Both the position numbers and the translations under genes were made by a program. Shown in pieces: positions 1-8,403 of a stretch of 64,000 nt of DNA (position 1 is the first letter of the stretch; each line of letters opens with the position of its first letter). The notes under the pieces were generated by a model. That model was not told the origin of the DNA. It made no database searches and saw nothing but the letters and a program-made list of their open reading frames with translations. This DNA comes from an uncultured Methanosarcinales archaeon (lineage in GTDB: Archaea; Nanobdellota; Nanobdellia; Woesearchaeales; CAZOXR01), in NCBI GenBank assembly GCA_964566535.1, contig CAZMIO010000003.1, positions 89,153 through 153,152 of the forward strand. The letters run 5' to 3'.

Positions 1-241
1 CAAAAACAAAAACTTAGTTATAGGCACAAAAAGGACCATGAAGTATGTTAAGTTAGGTAAAGTTGAAAGGATTTATTTAGCCTCAAACTGCAGTGAAGAT
101 GTAAAATCTGATTTGGAATATTATAACAAATTGAGCCCATTAAAGATTAAGAAGCTTAAATATCCAAATGATGAACTGGGTACTCTTTGCAAAAAACCAT
201 ATACTATTTCTGTGTTGTCTATACTAAAGGGTGGAAAGTAG
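1..241 (+). CDS. rpl30e: ribosomal protein L30e, 5'-truncated at the window edge
   Basis: The frame is open from nt 2 with no stop. The text ...LVIGTKRTMKYVKLGKVERIYLASNC...ELGTLCKKPYTISVLSI matches the L30e/L7Ae-fold pattern (ANNCP...ELG..CGK...V..I). It is followed by NusA, as in archaeal operons. Confidence 0.6.
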   Translation, partial: KNKNLVIGTKRTMKYVKLGKVERIYLASNCSEDVKSDLEYYNKLSPLKIKKLKYPNDELGTLCKKPYTISVLSILKGGK

Positions 242-261
242 TGACAAGAATAAAGTATGAC

Positions 262-654
262 ATGAACCTTATGAAGTATATTTCTCTGTTTGAATCTCTA
301 ACTAATACCAAGGTTAAGGATTGTGTAGCTAACGAAAAACTTCTTTTCATAGTTCAAGAAGGCCACATAGGAAAGGCCGTGGGTAAACAAGGAATTAACG
401 TAAAGAAGATTGAAGGTATCTTAAAAAAAGACATTAGAATTGTCGAATTCAGCGAGAATCTTATTCAATTCATACAAAATATGATATATCCATTAAGGGC
501 ATCCAACATAGAAGAAGACCAAGGCACAGTTACAATAACAGGCCCAGACACAAAAACAAAAGGACTTATGATTGGTAGAGAGGGAAAAAACCTAAACTAC
601 CTTAAAGATATCGTAAAAAGGCACTTTAGTGTTGAAGATATTAAAGTGGTGTAA
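262..654 (+). CDS. nusA: archaeal NusA-like KH-domain transcription termination factor
   Basis: It has two KH-like motifs (GKAVGKQGINVKKIEG... and LMIGREGKNLNYLKDIVKRH) and lies immediately downstream of L30e. The start was chosen at MNLMKY after the L30e stop, although the ORF track begins at 187. Confidence 0.6.
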   Translation: MNLMKYISLFESLTNTKVKDCVANEKLLFIVQEGHIGKAVGKQGINVKKIEGILKKDIRIVEFSENLIQFIQNMIYPLRASNIEEDQGTVTITGPDTKTKGLMIGREGKNLNYLKDIVKRHFSVEDIKVV

Positions 655-702
655 TAACAAAACAAAAACCTTTTTAAATAACCAAAATTCTCTAAACTCA
701 TT

Positions 703-1011
703 ATGAAACTTCCTAAAACTTCAAAAAGATATTGCAAATTTTGTAAAAAGCACACTGAACTAAAAATCTCAATAGTTAAGAAGAAGAGTCCTAGAAGTAT
801 GACTTACGGTAGTAAAGTACGTGCTAGGAGAAGGGGAGTTGCAAGAGGCACAGGAAATAGGGGAAGGTATTCTAAACCAGCAATTACTAAATTCAAAAGA
901 ACAGGTAAGAAAGCTACAAAGAAATCAGATTTAAAATATGAATGTAAGGAATGTAAAAAGACTCAGATTCAAAAAAGCGGATTTCGAGCAAAGAAAATCG
1001 AGTTTAAATAA
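703..1011 (+). CDS. rpl44e: ribosomal protein L44e
   Basis: It has a C4 zinc ribbon (CKFCKKH...CKECKK) in a basic protein of about 100 aa with an RARRRG..RG.GN.GR core typical of L44e/L36a. Confidence 0.75.
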   Translation: MKLPKTSKRYCKFCKKHTELKISIVKKKSPRSMTYGSKVRARRRGVARGTGNRGRYSKPAITKFKRTGKKATKKSDLKYECKECKKTQIQKSGFRAKKIEFK

Positions 1012-1025
1012 TTCTATTTAATTAA

Positions 1026-1799
1026 TTATATTATTTCATTTGAATACATATAGATAGATAGAGTAAGCATTACAACAAACATCAACAACCCAGTGATAAT
1101 TACTTTCTGAGTTGGCAGATCTCTTATACTACTTCCAGTCAACCTAGACAATGAGATTGGCTTAACAATAATATTCATTCTAGACCCAAAAACAGAATCT
1201 AAGCAAAGATACTCTCCAGAATCCTTAAACCTAAACTCAACTTCTTCACCAGCAGTATAGAGTTCATCACCTACAAATATCCTTCTGCTGTTGATATAAC
1301 AAACAACTTTATGCCTTCTCGAATCCTCGCTAATCCATCTTATTGTTGTGCCTTCTTCTATTGTTATTATATCCGGAGCAAATGAAAATCTCTCAACAAT
1401 AATTTTCTCTTCAGCAGGCTCAATTGGCACTACCTCTGGTTCCGGCTCAGGTTCTTGATCAATAATTATCTCAACCATATCTTCCGGTTCTATAACTACT
1501 TCTTCACCAGCAGACTCAATATAAATATCATCATCAATAAACATGGGAGTAATCATTATTGCAATTATCACCAGAACAAATAGGAGAATTATATAACCAT
1601 GATGTCTATTTTTCCCTCTAACAGGCCTTCTTCTTTCCTCATGTCTCTGGGCCCTTTCTGGCTGCTCAACTTGAGGCGCAACTTTAGAATTAACTTTCTC
1701 AGCAGCCCTATTACTTACCTTCTTAGCTGCCTTCTTCTCTACTTTAGGCTTCTTCACAGAACCCTTCTTAGTACCCTTTTTCACACTCTTTTTAGCCAT
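1026..1799 (-). CDS. hypothetical membrane protein with a Lys-rich N-terminal tail, a TM helix, an acidic PE-rich linker, a possible cupredoxin-like C-terminal domain and a C-terminal TM helix
   Basis: The long ORF starts at MAKKSVKKGTKKG.... It contains a hydrophobic stretch YIILLFVLVIIAIMITPMF and an EPEPEPE linker. GTTIRWISEDSRRHKVV resembles a cupredoxin strand motif, but no clear Cu ligand set is present. Confidence 0.4.
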   Translation of the reverse strand: MAKKSVKKGTKKGSVKKPKVEKKAAKKVSNRAAEKVNSKVAPQVEQPERAQRHEERRRPVRGKNRHHGYIILLFVLVIIAIMITPMFIDDDIYIESAGEEVVIEPEDMVEIIIDQEPEPEPEVVPIEPAEEKIIVERFSFAPDIITIEEGTTIRWISEDSRRHKVVCYINSRRIFVGDELYTAGEEVEFRFKDSGEYLCLDSVFGSRMNIIVKPISLSRLTGSSIRDLPTQKVIITGLLMFVVMLTLSIYMYSNEII

Positions 1800-1893
1800 A
1801 ATCAGTACTTTAAAAAGGAAGTATTTATAGTTTTTGGTAGAAAACCTTATAAATCCCCTAACATCCACCATTACCTATAATTGGAGGATTAAA

Positions 1894-2076
1894 ATGAAAG
1901 TAAGAGAACCAACAAGCAAATTCATAAAAATAAGATGCCCAAAGTGCAAAAACGAGCAAAACATCTTTGGAAAGACAAGCTCAGAGATAAAATGCCTAGT
2001 TTGCAGTAAGGTATTAGCAGAACCAACAGGCGGAAAAAGCAAAGTTAAAGCTAGAATTCTAGAGGTTTTGGAATAA
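1894..2076 (+). CDS. rps27e: ribosomal protein S27e
   Basis: MKVREPTSKFIKIRCPKCKNEQNIFGKTSSEIKCLVCSKVLAEPTGGK is a C4 zinc finger characteristic of S27e. GGAGG lies about 8 nt upstream of the ATG at 1894. Confidence 0.8.
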   Translation: MKVREPTSKFIKIRCPKCKNEQNIFGKTSSEIKCLVCSKVLAEPTGGKSKVKARILEVLE

Positions 2077-2871
2077 ATGCTTTTAAAAAAACAAGGTTAC
2101 CCTGAAGATGGTGAGCTAGTTTTATGTACCGTTACTAAAATACATTTTCATTCTGTTTTTGTAAACCTAGATGAATACGGAAGATCTGGATTAATCCACA
2201 TTTCTGAAGTTTCTCCAGGAAGAATAAGAAACATTAGAGACTTCGTTTCAGAAGGAAGGAAGGTTGTCTGTAAAGTTCTAAAGGTCAACCAGGAAAAAGG
2301 ACATATTGATCTTTCACTAAGGAGAGTAAACGATAACCAAAAAAGATTAAAGATAAACGAGATAAAACAAGAACAATTAGCAGAAAAGATAGTTGAGTTC
2401 GTAGCAAAAAGCATGGACATGCCCTTGACTACTTTGTACAAACAAGTTACTGAAAAATTACTAAAAAAATATGACGGCCTATACCCCTGCTTCCAGGATG
2501 TGGTAAAGGATGCCGAAATTCTTAAAAAACTAGGCATCGAAGAAAAAGTTGCAAAGACATTAGAAGAAGCAATTAAGCAAAGGATTAAAGAGACAGAAGT
2601 TGAAATAAAGGGAAACTTAACAATACTAACTTACGCCCCAGATGGTGTTGACATAATAAAGCAATCATTAGAAAAAGGAGAAAAAGTAGGAACAGAAATT
2701 GGCAAAGGAAAACTAAGGTTAAGATACGAAGGATCTGGGAAGTATTCTCTCTCAGTAAAATCAGAAAACTACAAGGACGCAGAGAAAATCTTAGAAAAAT
2801 CAACCTCGACAATTATAGGGTTTATTGAAGAGAATGATGGCCAGGCAAGTTTTGCAAGAACTGAAGAATGA
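2077..2871 (+). CDS. eif2a: translation initiation factor 2 alpha subunit (aIF2alpha), S1 domain
   Basis: It has the N-terminal S1 fold (GELVLCTVTKI...GLIHISEV...GRIRNIRDFVSEGRKVVCKVLKV) and is 264 aa long. It follows S27e, which is the conserved archaeal neighbourhood. Confidence 0.85.
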   Translation: MLLKKQGYPEDGELVLCTVTKIHFHSVFVNLDEYGRSGLIHISEVSPGRIRNIRDFVSEGRKVVCKVLKVNQEKGHIDLSLRRVNDNQKRLKINEIKQEQLAEKIVEFVAKSMDMPLTTLYKQVTEKLLKKYDGLYPCFQDVVKDAEILKKLGIEEKVAKTLEEAIKQRIKETEVEIKGNLTILTYAPDGVDIIKQSLEKGEKVGTEIGKGKLRLRYEGSGKYSLSVKSENYKDAEKILEKSTSTIIGFIEENDGQASFARTEE

Positions 2872-3044
2872 AACACATATTTAGATGTCCAGACTGCAAT
2901 ACATATACTCTAAAAGAAGTTTGTCAGAAATGCAATACTAAAACAATTGCCACCCGTCCACCAAAATTCAGTCCTGAAGATAAATACGCAAAATATAGAA
3001 GAACAGTAAAAAAACCATTACTAAAAAAAGAAGGCCTGCTATAA
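2868..3044 (+). CDS. nop10: H/ACA RNP protein Nop10, absent from the ORF track because it is under 60 aa
   Basis: The 58-aa protein MKHIFRCPDCNTYTLKEVCQKCNTKTIATRPPKFSPEDKYAKYRR has a Zn ribbon plus the PP.FSPEDKY motif of Nop10. Its ATG overlaps the aIF2alpha stop as ATGA, and S27e-aIF2a-Nop10 is a conserved archaeal cluster. Confidence 0.7.
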   Translation: MKHIFRCPDCNTYTLKEVCQKCNTKTIATRPPKFSPEDKYAKYRRTVKKPLLKKEGLL

Positions 3045-3045
3045 G

Positions 3046-3834
3046 ATGACAACAATCAAAATAGAAACAATTGGCAAAAAGCCAAAACTAAAAAATCCAA
3101 TTCTAGTTGAAGGTTTACCTGGTATAGGAAATGTTGGAAAAGTAGCAGTTGATTTTATTGTTGAAGAAATAAAAGCAAAAAAATTATTTGAAATCTACTC
3201 TCACACATTCCCACATTCCGTTTTTGTTAACGAAGACAACCTTGTAGAATTACCTAAGGTTGAAATATACTATAAGCAAGGAAAAAGAGACATTTTATTC
3301 CTAGCAGGAGACATCCAACCAATAGATGAAGTATCATCCTACGAATTCTCAGAAAAGATACTCGACATCCTAGAAGAATTCAACGGAAAAGAAGTAATTA
3401 CTCTAGGGGGCATAGGACTTAGTGAAGTTCCAAAAAAACCTAAAATTTACTGTACAGGAAACTCAAAGAAGACAGTAGCAAAATATAAGGACAAGAATGT
3501 CAACCATAAGTTATACGGAGTAGTAGGACCAATTGTGGGAGTCTCAGGCCTTCTCCTAGGCCTAGCACAAAAAAGAAAGATAGATGCAGTATCGTTCCTA
3601 GCAGAAACTTATGCGCATCCAATGTATCTGGGAATGCAAGGCGCAAAAGAAATATTAAAACTACTAAATTCAAAATTAGGATTAAAGATAGACATGAAAA
3701 AGATGGACGAAGAAATACAAGAGATTGAAAAAGATTTGATGAAGAGAACAGAAGAACTAAACGATGTAGTTAAGCAAACTGCAATAAAGAAATTACAAGG
3801 CAAGTTAGGCGAAGAAGTAAATTATATTGGTTGA
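3046..3834 (+). CDS. PAC2-family proteasome-assembly-chaperone-like protein (COG1938)
   Basis: The N-terminal motif NPILVEGLPGIGNVGKVAVDFIVEE is typical of the archaeal PAC2/PbaB family. The gene lies downstream of Nop10, as in many archaea. Confidence 0.6.
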   Translation: MTTIKIETIGKKPKLKNPILVEGLPGIGNVGKVAVDFIVEEIKAKKLFEIYSHTFPHSVFVNEDNLVELPKVEIYYKQGKRDILFLAGDIQPIDEVSSYEFSEKILDILEEFNGKEVITLGGIGLSEVPKKPKIYCTGNSKKTVAKYKDKNVNHKLYGVVGPIVGVSGLLLGLAQKRKIDAVSFLAETYAHPMYLGMQGAKEILKLLNSKLGLKIDMKKMDEEIQEIEKDLMKRTEELNDVVKQTAIKKLQGKLGEEVNYIG

Positions 3835-3880
3835 TTTATTTTCAAAAGGTTTAAATACACATTCTCCAAAGAACTATCTT

Positions 3881-5173
3881 ATGAAAATTAAGAGTGTAAA
3901 AGCAAGAGAAATCCTTAGTTCTGGTTCAACTCCAACAATAGAAGTTACATGTAAGCTAAACTCGGGCATTAAAGGTACTGCTTCTGTTCCCTACGGCGCG
4001 TCTGCTGGTATTCACGAAGCTTTTGTACTCATGGATGGAGGCAAGCGCTATAATGGAAAAGGTATGTTAAAGGCTGTAGGGAATGTAAATAACATAATCT
4101 CTAAAAAAATCATTGGATTAGATGCTTCTAAACAAAGAAAAATTGACGAAACAATGATTGAGCTTGATGGAACAGAAAACAAAAAGAGATTAGGTGCTAA
4201 CGCTATACTCGGAGTAAGCTTAGCAGTCGCAAGAGCAGCAGCAAACCAAAAAAACACACCTATGTACCAACACATAAGGAATATCTTTGCTCTTCCAATA
4301 AAAAAATTCATTCTCCCAAATCCGATGATGGTCATAATTGAAGGAGGAAAGCATGCAGACCAATCTACAGATTTGCAGGAATATCTGGTATCTCCAATTG
4401 GATCAAAGTCTGTTAAGGAAAACATTCGTTCTGGAATTGAGGTTTATTTAGCCCTAAAAAGAATTCTTAAAGAAAAAGGATTAAGTGTAAATGTTGGCAA
4501 CGAAGGAGCTTTTGCTCCAAGCGGATTACCTACAAATGAAACTCCTCTCAAGATTATTAAAGAAGCAATAAGAAAAGCAGGCTACAAAGCAGGAAAAGAC
4601 ATAGGCATCTCATTAGATCCTGCAGCTTCTGAGATATATATAAAAGGTAAATATAAACTTAATAAGGAAAATAAAAAATTAAGTTCTGAACAAATGATAG
4701 ATTACTTCGAAGATTGGGTTAACAAATACCCGATAACAACTTTAGAAGACCCATTGCATGAAGATGACTGGGATAACTGGCCAAAATTAACTGAAAGGTT
4801 AGGCAAAAAAATACCAATTATTGGAGATGATCTAACAGTAACAAATCCTAAAAGATTACAAAAAGCAATTGACCTTAAGGCAATAAATGCAATTTTAATC
4901 AAACTAAATCAAATAGGAACCCTAACAGAAACAGTTGACTGCTGCATGTTGGCAAGAAAACATAAATTCATGACAGTCATAAGTCATAGGGGCGGTGGAG
5001 AAACTAATGACACAACTATGATCGATTTAGCAGTTGCTGTAAACTCTGGCTTTGTCAAAGTAGGACCATCAAGGGGAGAAAGAGTTGGAAAATACAATAG
5101 ATTGATGGAAATAGAAGATGAGTTAGGCACTAAAGCAAAAGTTGCAGGAAAGGATTTTAAGAAGATTGTATAA
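3881..5173 (+). CDS. eno: enolase (phosphopyruvate hydratase)
   Basis: The motifs AREILSSGSTPTIEV, PYGASAGIHEA, KGMLKAVGNVN and IELDGTENKKRLGANAILGVSLAVA are canonical enolase signatures. The start was chosen at MKIKSVKAREIL. Confidence 0.9.
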   Translation: MKIKSVKAREILSSGSTPTIEVTCKLNSGIKGTASVPYGASAGIHEAFVLMDGGKRYNGKGMLKAVGNVNNIISKKIIGLDASKQRKIDETMIELDGTENKKRLGANAILGVSLAVARAAANQKNTPMYQHIRNIFALPIKKFILPNPMMVIIEGGKHADQSTDLQEYLVSPIGSKSVKENIRSGIEVYLALKRILKEKGLSVNVGNEGAFAPSGLPTNETPLKIIKEAIRKAGYKAGKDIGISLDPAASEIYIKGKYKLNKENKKLSSEQMIDYFEDWVNKYPITTLEDPLHEDDWDNWPKLTERLGKKIPIIGDDLTVTNPKRLQKAIDLKAINAILIKLNQIGTLTETVDCCMLARKHKFMTVISHRGGGETNDTTMIDLAVAVNSGFVKVGPSRGERVGKYNRLMEIEDELGTKAKVAGKDFKKIV

Positions 5174-5174
5174 A

Positions 5175-5837
5175 ATGAACCTAAAAATCTACCTATTCAG
5201 ACACGCTCAAACATATTACAACAAAAAGCATTACTTCTGCGGATGGAAAGATTCTAAACTAACTCCCTTTGGCATAAAACAAGCTAAGATAATAGCTGGG
5301 AAACTAAAAAACAAAAAAATAGATATTGCTTACCATACAAGACTTTCAAGATCAAAAGACACCTTAAAAGAAGTTCTAAAATACCACCCTGAATGTAAAA
5401 GAGTAATCACGGATGACCGGATGATTGAACGCTGTTATGGCAAACTGCAAGGCACATCTCATAAAATGTTTATGGAAAAAGAAGGAACAGACTCCTACAA
5501 AACACTTCTACACTGGCACAAAATAGACCACCTAACAGGCAAAGACAAGGCAAAATTTATACAAGAGCTCGGAAAATCAGAGTTTGATATTATCCATAGG
5601 TCCTACAATGTCCCTCCTCCAAAAGGAGAAAGCATAAAGATGGTTGAAAAAAGAGTTCTAGGCTTCATAAAAGACCTTATAAAAAAAGTGAAAAAAGAAA
5701 AGACCCATGTAGCTATCTCTGCTCACGGAAACTCAATGAGGCCATTTCGAAGATATTTTGAAAAACTTAGCATAGAAAAAATGATGAATTTAGAAAATCC
5801 TTGGGATGACTATTTTGAGTATATCATAAAAGCCTAA
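5175..5837 (+). CDS. histidine-phosphatase superfamily protein (phosphoglycerate-mutase-like; candidate phosphoserine phosphatase)
   Basis: It has the N-terminal RHG-type motif (YLFRHAQTYYN) and a later SAHGNSMR motif, which are the branch-1 histidine phosphatase catalytic residues. It sits between enolase and the serine-biosynthesis genes. Confidence 0.55.
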   Translation: MNLKIYLFRHAQTYYNKKHYFCGWKDSKLTPFGIKQAKIIAGKLKNKKIDIAYHTRLSRSKDTLKEVLKYHPECKRVITDDRMIERCYGKLQGTSHKMFMEKEGTDSYKTLLHWHKIDHLTGKDKAKFIQELGKSEFDIIHRSYNVPPPKGESIKMVEKRVLGFIKDLIKKVKKEKTHVAISAHGNSMRPFRRYFEKLSIEKMMNLENPWDDYFEYIIKA

Positions 5838-6035
5838 TCATAACTCCGTAAACCTCACGGACTATTTAAAACCTCTACATTTGAGAATAGAAATATTTTT
5901 ATATAAAACTCCAAATCGTATTCTACTGGTGGACACAATCATCAAAAAAATAATTTGTTCTGGCGGGATGTCATCTAGTAGTTAGTCCAAACTCTTTCTG
6001 GTTCTGTATGAGAACCAGAGAGATAGCTGTACAAA

Positions 6036-7337
6036 ATGGTAACAATAAAACCGTTCAAAGGAATAAGGTACAACAAAGAAAAAGTTATAGACTTCAGTAA
6101 AGTAATAACTCCTCCTTACGATGTCATCAATGAAAAACAAAAACAAGAGTTCCAAGATGCATCAGAATACAATTATGTTAGACTTCTTCTAGGAAAGAAC
6201 GGAGAAAACGGAGAAAAAGATTACAAAGACGTTGCAGAACTTCTAGCAGAATGGCAAAAAAACAAGATCTTAGAACAAGACGGGCAAGATTCAATCTACA
6301 TTTACTCACAAACATTCCAATTAAATGGAAAGCAAGTAACAAGGATAGGGTTTAACTCATTAATAAAACTAGAACCTCACGGACAAGGGGTTCTACCTCA
6401 CGAAAAAACAATGGAAAGACCATTCAAAGATAGGCTAAATTTTATCTCAGCAACAAAAGCAAACCTTGGCTGCATATTCATGCTATATGATGACAGAGAA
6501 AGAATCATCGACACATTAATCAATGAAAAAATAACTAACCTCCAGCCAGATATGGAGTTTACCGATAAAGTCAGCATCCAACATAAATTATGGAAAATCT
6601 CAGACAATGACTTCATAGAAAAAATAAAAACAGAGATGGAAAAATACCAATGCATAATCGCAGATGGCCATCACCGTTACAGATCTAATCTAGAGTACAG
6701 CAACCAAAACCCAGATTTAGAAGATGCAAAATACACCCTCTGCAGTTTTGTAAATTCATTTAATGAAGGCCTTTTAGTTCTACCGATTGACAGATTCATC
6801 CATAGCTTAAAAGAAGCAGATATCGATCATATCTTAACAAAACTAAAAGAATCTTTCGAAATAGAAGAACTAACTAGCCCAGAAGAGCTAGTGGGTAAAA
6901 TAGACTCCACAGATGTAATGATTGACAAAGAAACCAACCAAAAAAACCACGTAATTGGGATGTATTCTTTCCAAAACAAGAAATCTTACTTCCTTAAGTT
7001 AAAAGATAACAACATCCTAAAGGGCATCTATCCAGACAAAACAAACATCTACCAAAGATTAGATATAAACATACTACATAAAATCGTATTCAATAACATT
7101 CTAAATATCAGCGATGAAGACCAATACCAAGGAACCAACATAGAATATACTAAATCAGACCATAGAGCTCTAGACAAACTAGACAACAACAAATACCAGC
7201 TAGCTTTCTTCTTAAATCCCCCATTACTCAGAGAAATATTCTTAACAGCACGAGCAGATGAAACAATGCCTCAGAAATCAACATTCTTCTATCCTAAAAT
7301 ATATTCAGGTTTAGTTATAAATAAAATTGGAGGTTAA
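6036..7337 (+). CDS. DUF1015 family protein
   Basis: The IADGHHRYRS motif and the overall length (433 aa) fit DUF1015. Its 3' end overlaps the downstream aminotransferase gene. Confidence 0.7.
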   Translation: MVTIKPFKGIRYNKEKVIDFSKVITPPYDVINEKQKQEFQDASEYNYVRLLLGKNGENGEKDYKDVAELLAEWQKNKILEQDGQDSIYIYSQTFQLNGKQVTRIGFNSLIKLEPHGQGVLPHEKTMERPFKDRLNFISATKANLGCIFMLYDDRERIIDTLINEKITNLQPDMEFTDKVSIQHKLWKISDNDFIEKIKTEMEKYQCIIADGHHRYRSNLEYSNQNPDLEDAKYTLCSFVNSFNEGLLVLPIDRFIHSLKEADIDHILTKLKESFEIEELTSPEELVGKIDSTDVMIDKETNQKNHVIGMYSFQNKKSYFLKLKDNNILKGIYPDKTNIYQRLDINILHKIVFNNILNISDEDQYQGTNIEYTKSDHRALDKLDNNKYQLAFFLNPPLLREIFLTARADETMPQKSTFFYPKIYSGLVINKIGG

Positions 7338-7341
7338 TAAA

Positions 7342-8403
7342 ATGGCAAAATTGTTTATTCCAGGACCAACAGAAGTAAGAGAAGAGATTAGGCAAGAACT
7401 CGCAAAGCCTATGATTGGCCACAGAAGCGGAGAGTTCAAGAAACTTTTCTCAGACGTTTCTCCAAAACTACAAAAAGTACTCTACACTAATAACAGAGTA
7501 TTCCTATCAACATCATCCGCATTAGGGGTCATGGAAGGCGCTATAAGGAATATTGTCAAAGAACGCTCCCTAAACTTAGTTTGTGGCAGTTTCTCAGACA
7601 GATGGGCAAAAATGGTTGGGGAGTGTGGAAAAGAAGGAGACACCATCGAAGTTGACATGGGCAAAGCAATAAAGTCTGAAATGGTCGAAGAAAAACTATC
7701 TTCAGGAAACTATGACACTCTCTGCTTAACACACAACGAAACATCTACTGGAGTGATGAATCCATTAGAAGAAATCTCGGAGATCGCAAAAAAATATCCA
7801 GACATCGTATTCATGGTAGACGCAACCTCATCAATGTCAGGTGTAAAGATAGACGTAGACAAACTAGGAATTGATGTTTGCTTAGCATCCGTACAAAAAT
7901 GCTTTGCACTACCTCCTGGACTAGCAGTATTCTCATGTTCCGAAAAAGCATTAGAACGTTCAAAAGAAGTCCCAAACAGGGGCTACTACTTTGACTTCCA
8001 GCAATTCCTAAACTACTATGAAAAGCAAAACACAATATCAACACCAGCAATTCCCCATATTTACGCTTTAAACAAACAATTAGACAGAATGTTTGAAGAA
8101 GGAATAGAAAATAGGTTCAATAGACACAAAGAGATGGCAGACTTTACCAGAAAGTGGGCAATAGACAATGGTTTTTCGTTATTTCCTGAAGAAGGATACG
8201 AAAGCATAACTTTAACGTGCATCAACAACACAAAAGGAATAAATGTCGCAGACACAATAAACAAAGTCAAAGAAAAAGGAATGGAATTCGGTAATGGCTA
8301 CCGTGACATCAAAGAAAAGACATTCCGTATCGGCCACATGGGAGATTTAACCTTAGATGAAGTGAGAGAGCTAACTGAGGCTATTAGCGAGGTAATAAAA
8401 TGA
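7342..8403 (+). CDS. class V aminotransferase (phosphoserine / serine-glyoxylate aminotransferase family)
   Basis: It is about 350 aa with an N-terminal IPGPT and a PLP-fold pattern. It is immediately followed by PGDH with an ATGA-type overlap. GGAGG lies 9 nt upstream of ATG 7342. Confidence 0.7.
   Translation: MAKLFIPGPTEVREEIRQELAKPMIGHRSGEFKKLFSDVSPKLQKVLYTNNRVFLSTSSALGVMEGAIRNIVKERSLNLVCGSFSDRWAKMVGECGKEGDTIEVDMGKAIKSEMVEEKLSSGNYDTLCLTHNETSTGVMNPLEEISEIAKKYPDIVFMVDATSSMSGVKIDVDKLGIDVCLASVQKCFALPPGLAVFSCSEKALERSKEVPNRGYYFDFQQFLNYYEKQNTISTPAIPHIYALNKQLDRMFEEGIENRFNRHKEMADFTRKWAIDNGFSLFPEEGYESITLTCINNTKGINVADTINKVKEKGMEFGNGYRDIKEKTFRIGHMGDLTLDEVRELTEAISEVIK

Noticed and set aside
1599-1880. 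A 93-aa plus-strand ORF overlapping the minus-strand membrane protein.
   Set aside because: It is fully antisense to the longer, better-structured ORF and has no start context.
2148-2812. Minus-strand ORFs 2148-2537 and 2585-2812 inside aIF2alpha, and the similar antisense ORFs inside aIF5B (12006-12941, 13173-13609).
   Set aside because: They are antisense to strongly supported conserved genes, with hydrophobic low-complexity translations.
5838-6035. Searched this gap, and the gaps at 31174-31317, 52517-52803 and 60876-61240, for tRNA-like features such as a GTTCRA T-loop or acceptor-stem complementarity.
   Set aside because: No cloverleaf-compatible arrangement or T-loop consensus was found. 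Only simple hairpins were seen, so no tRNA was called.
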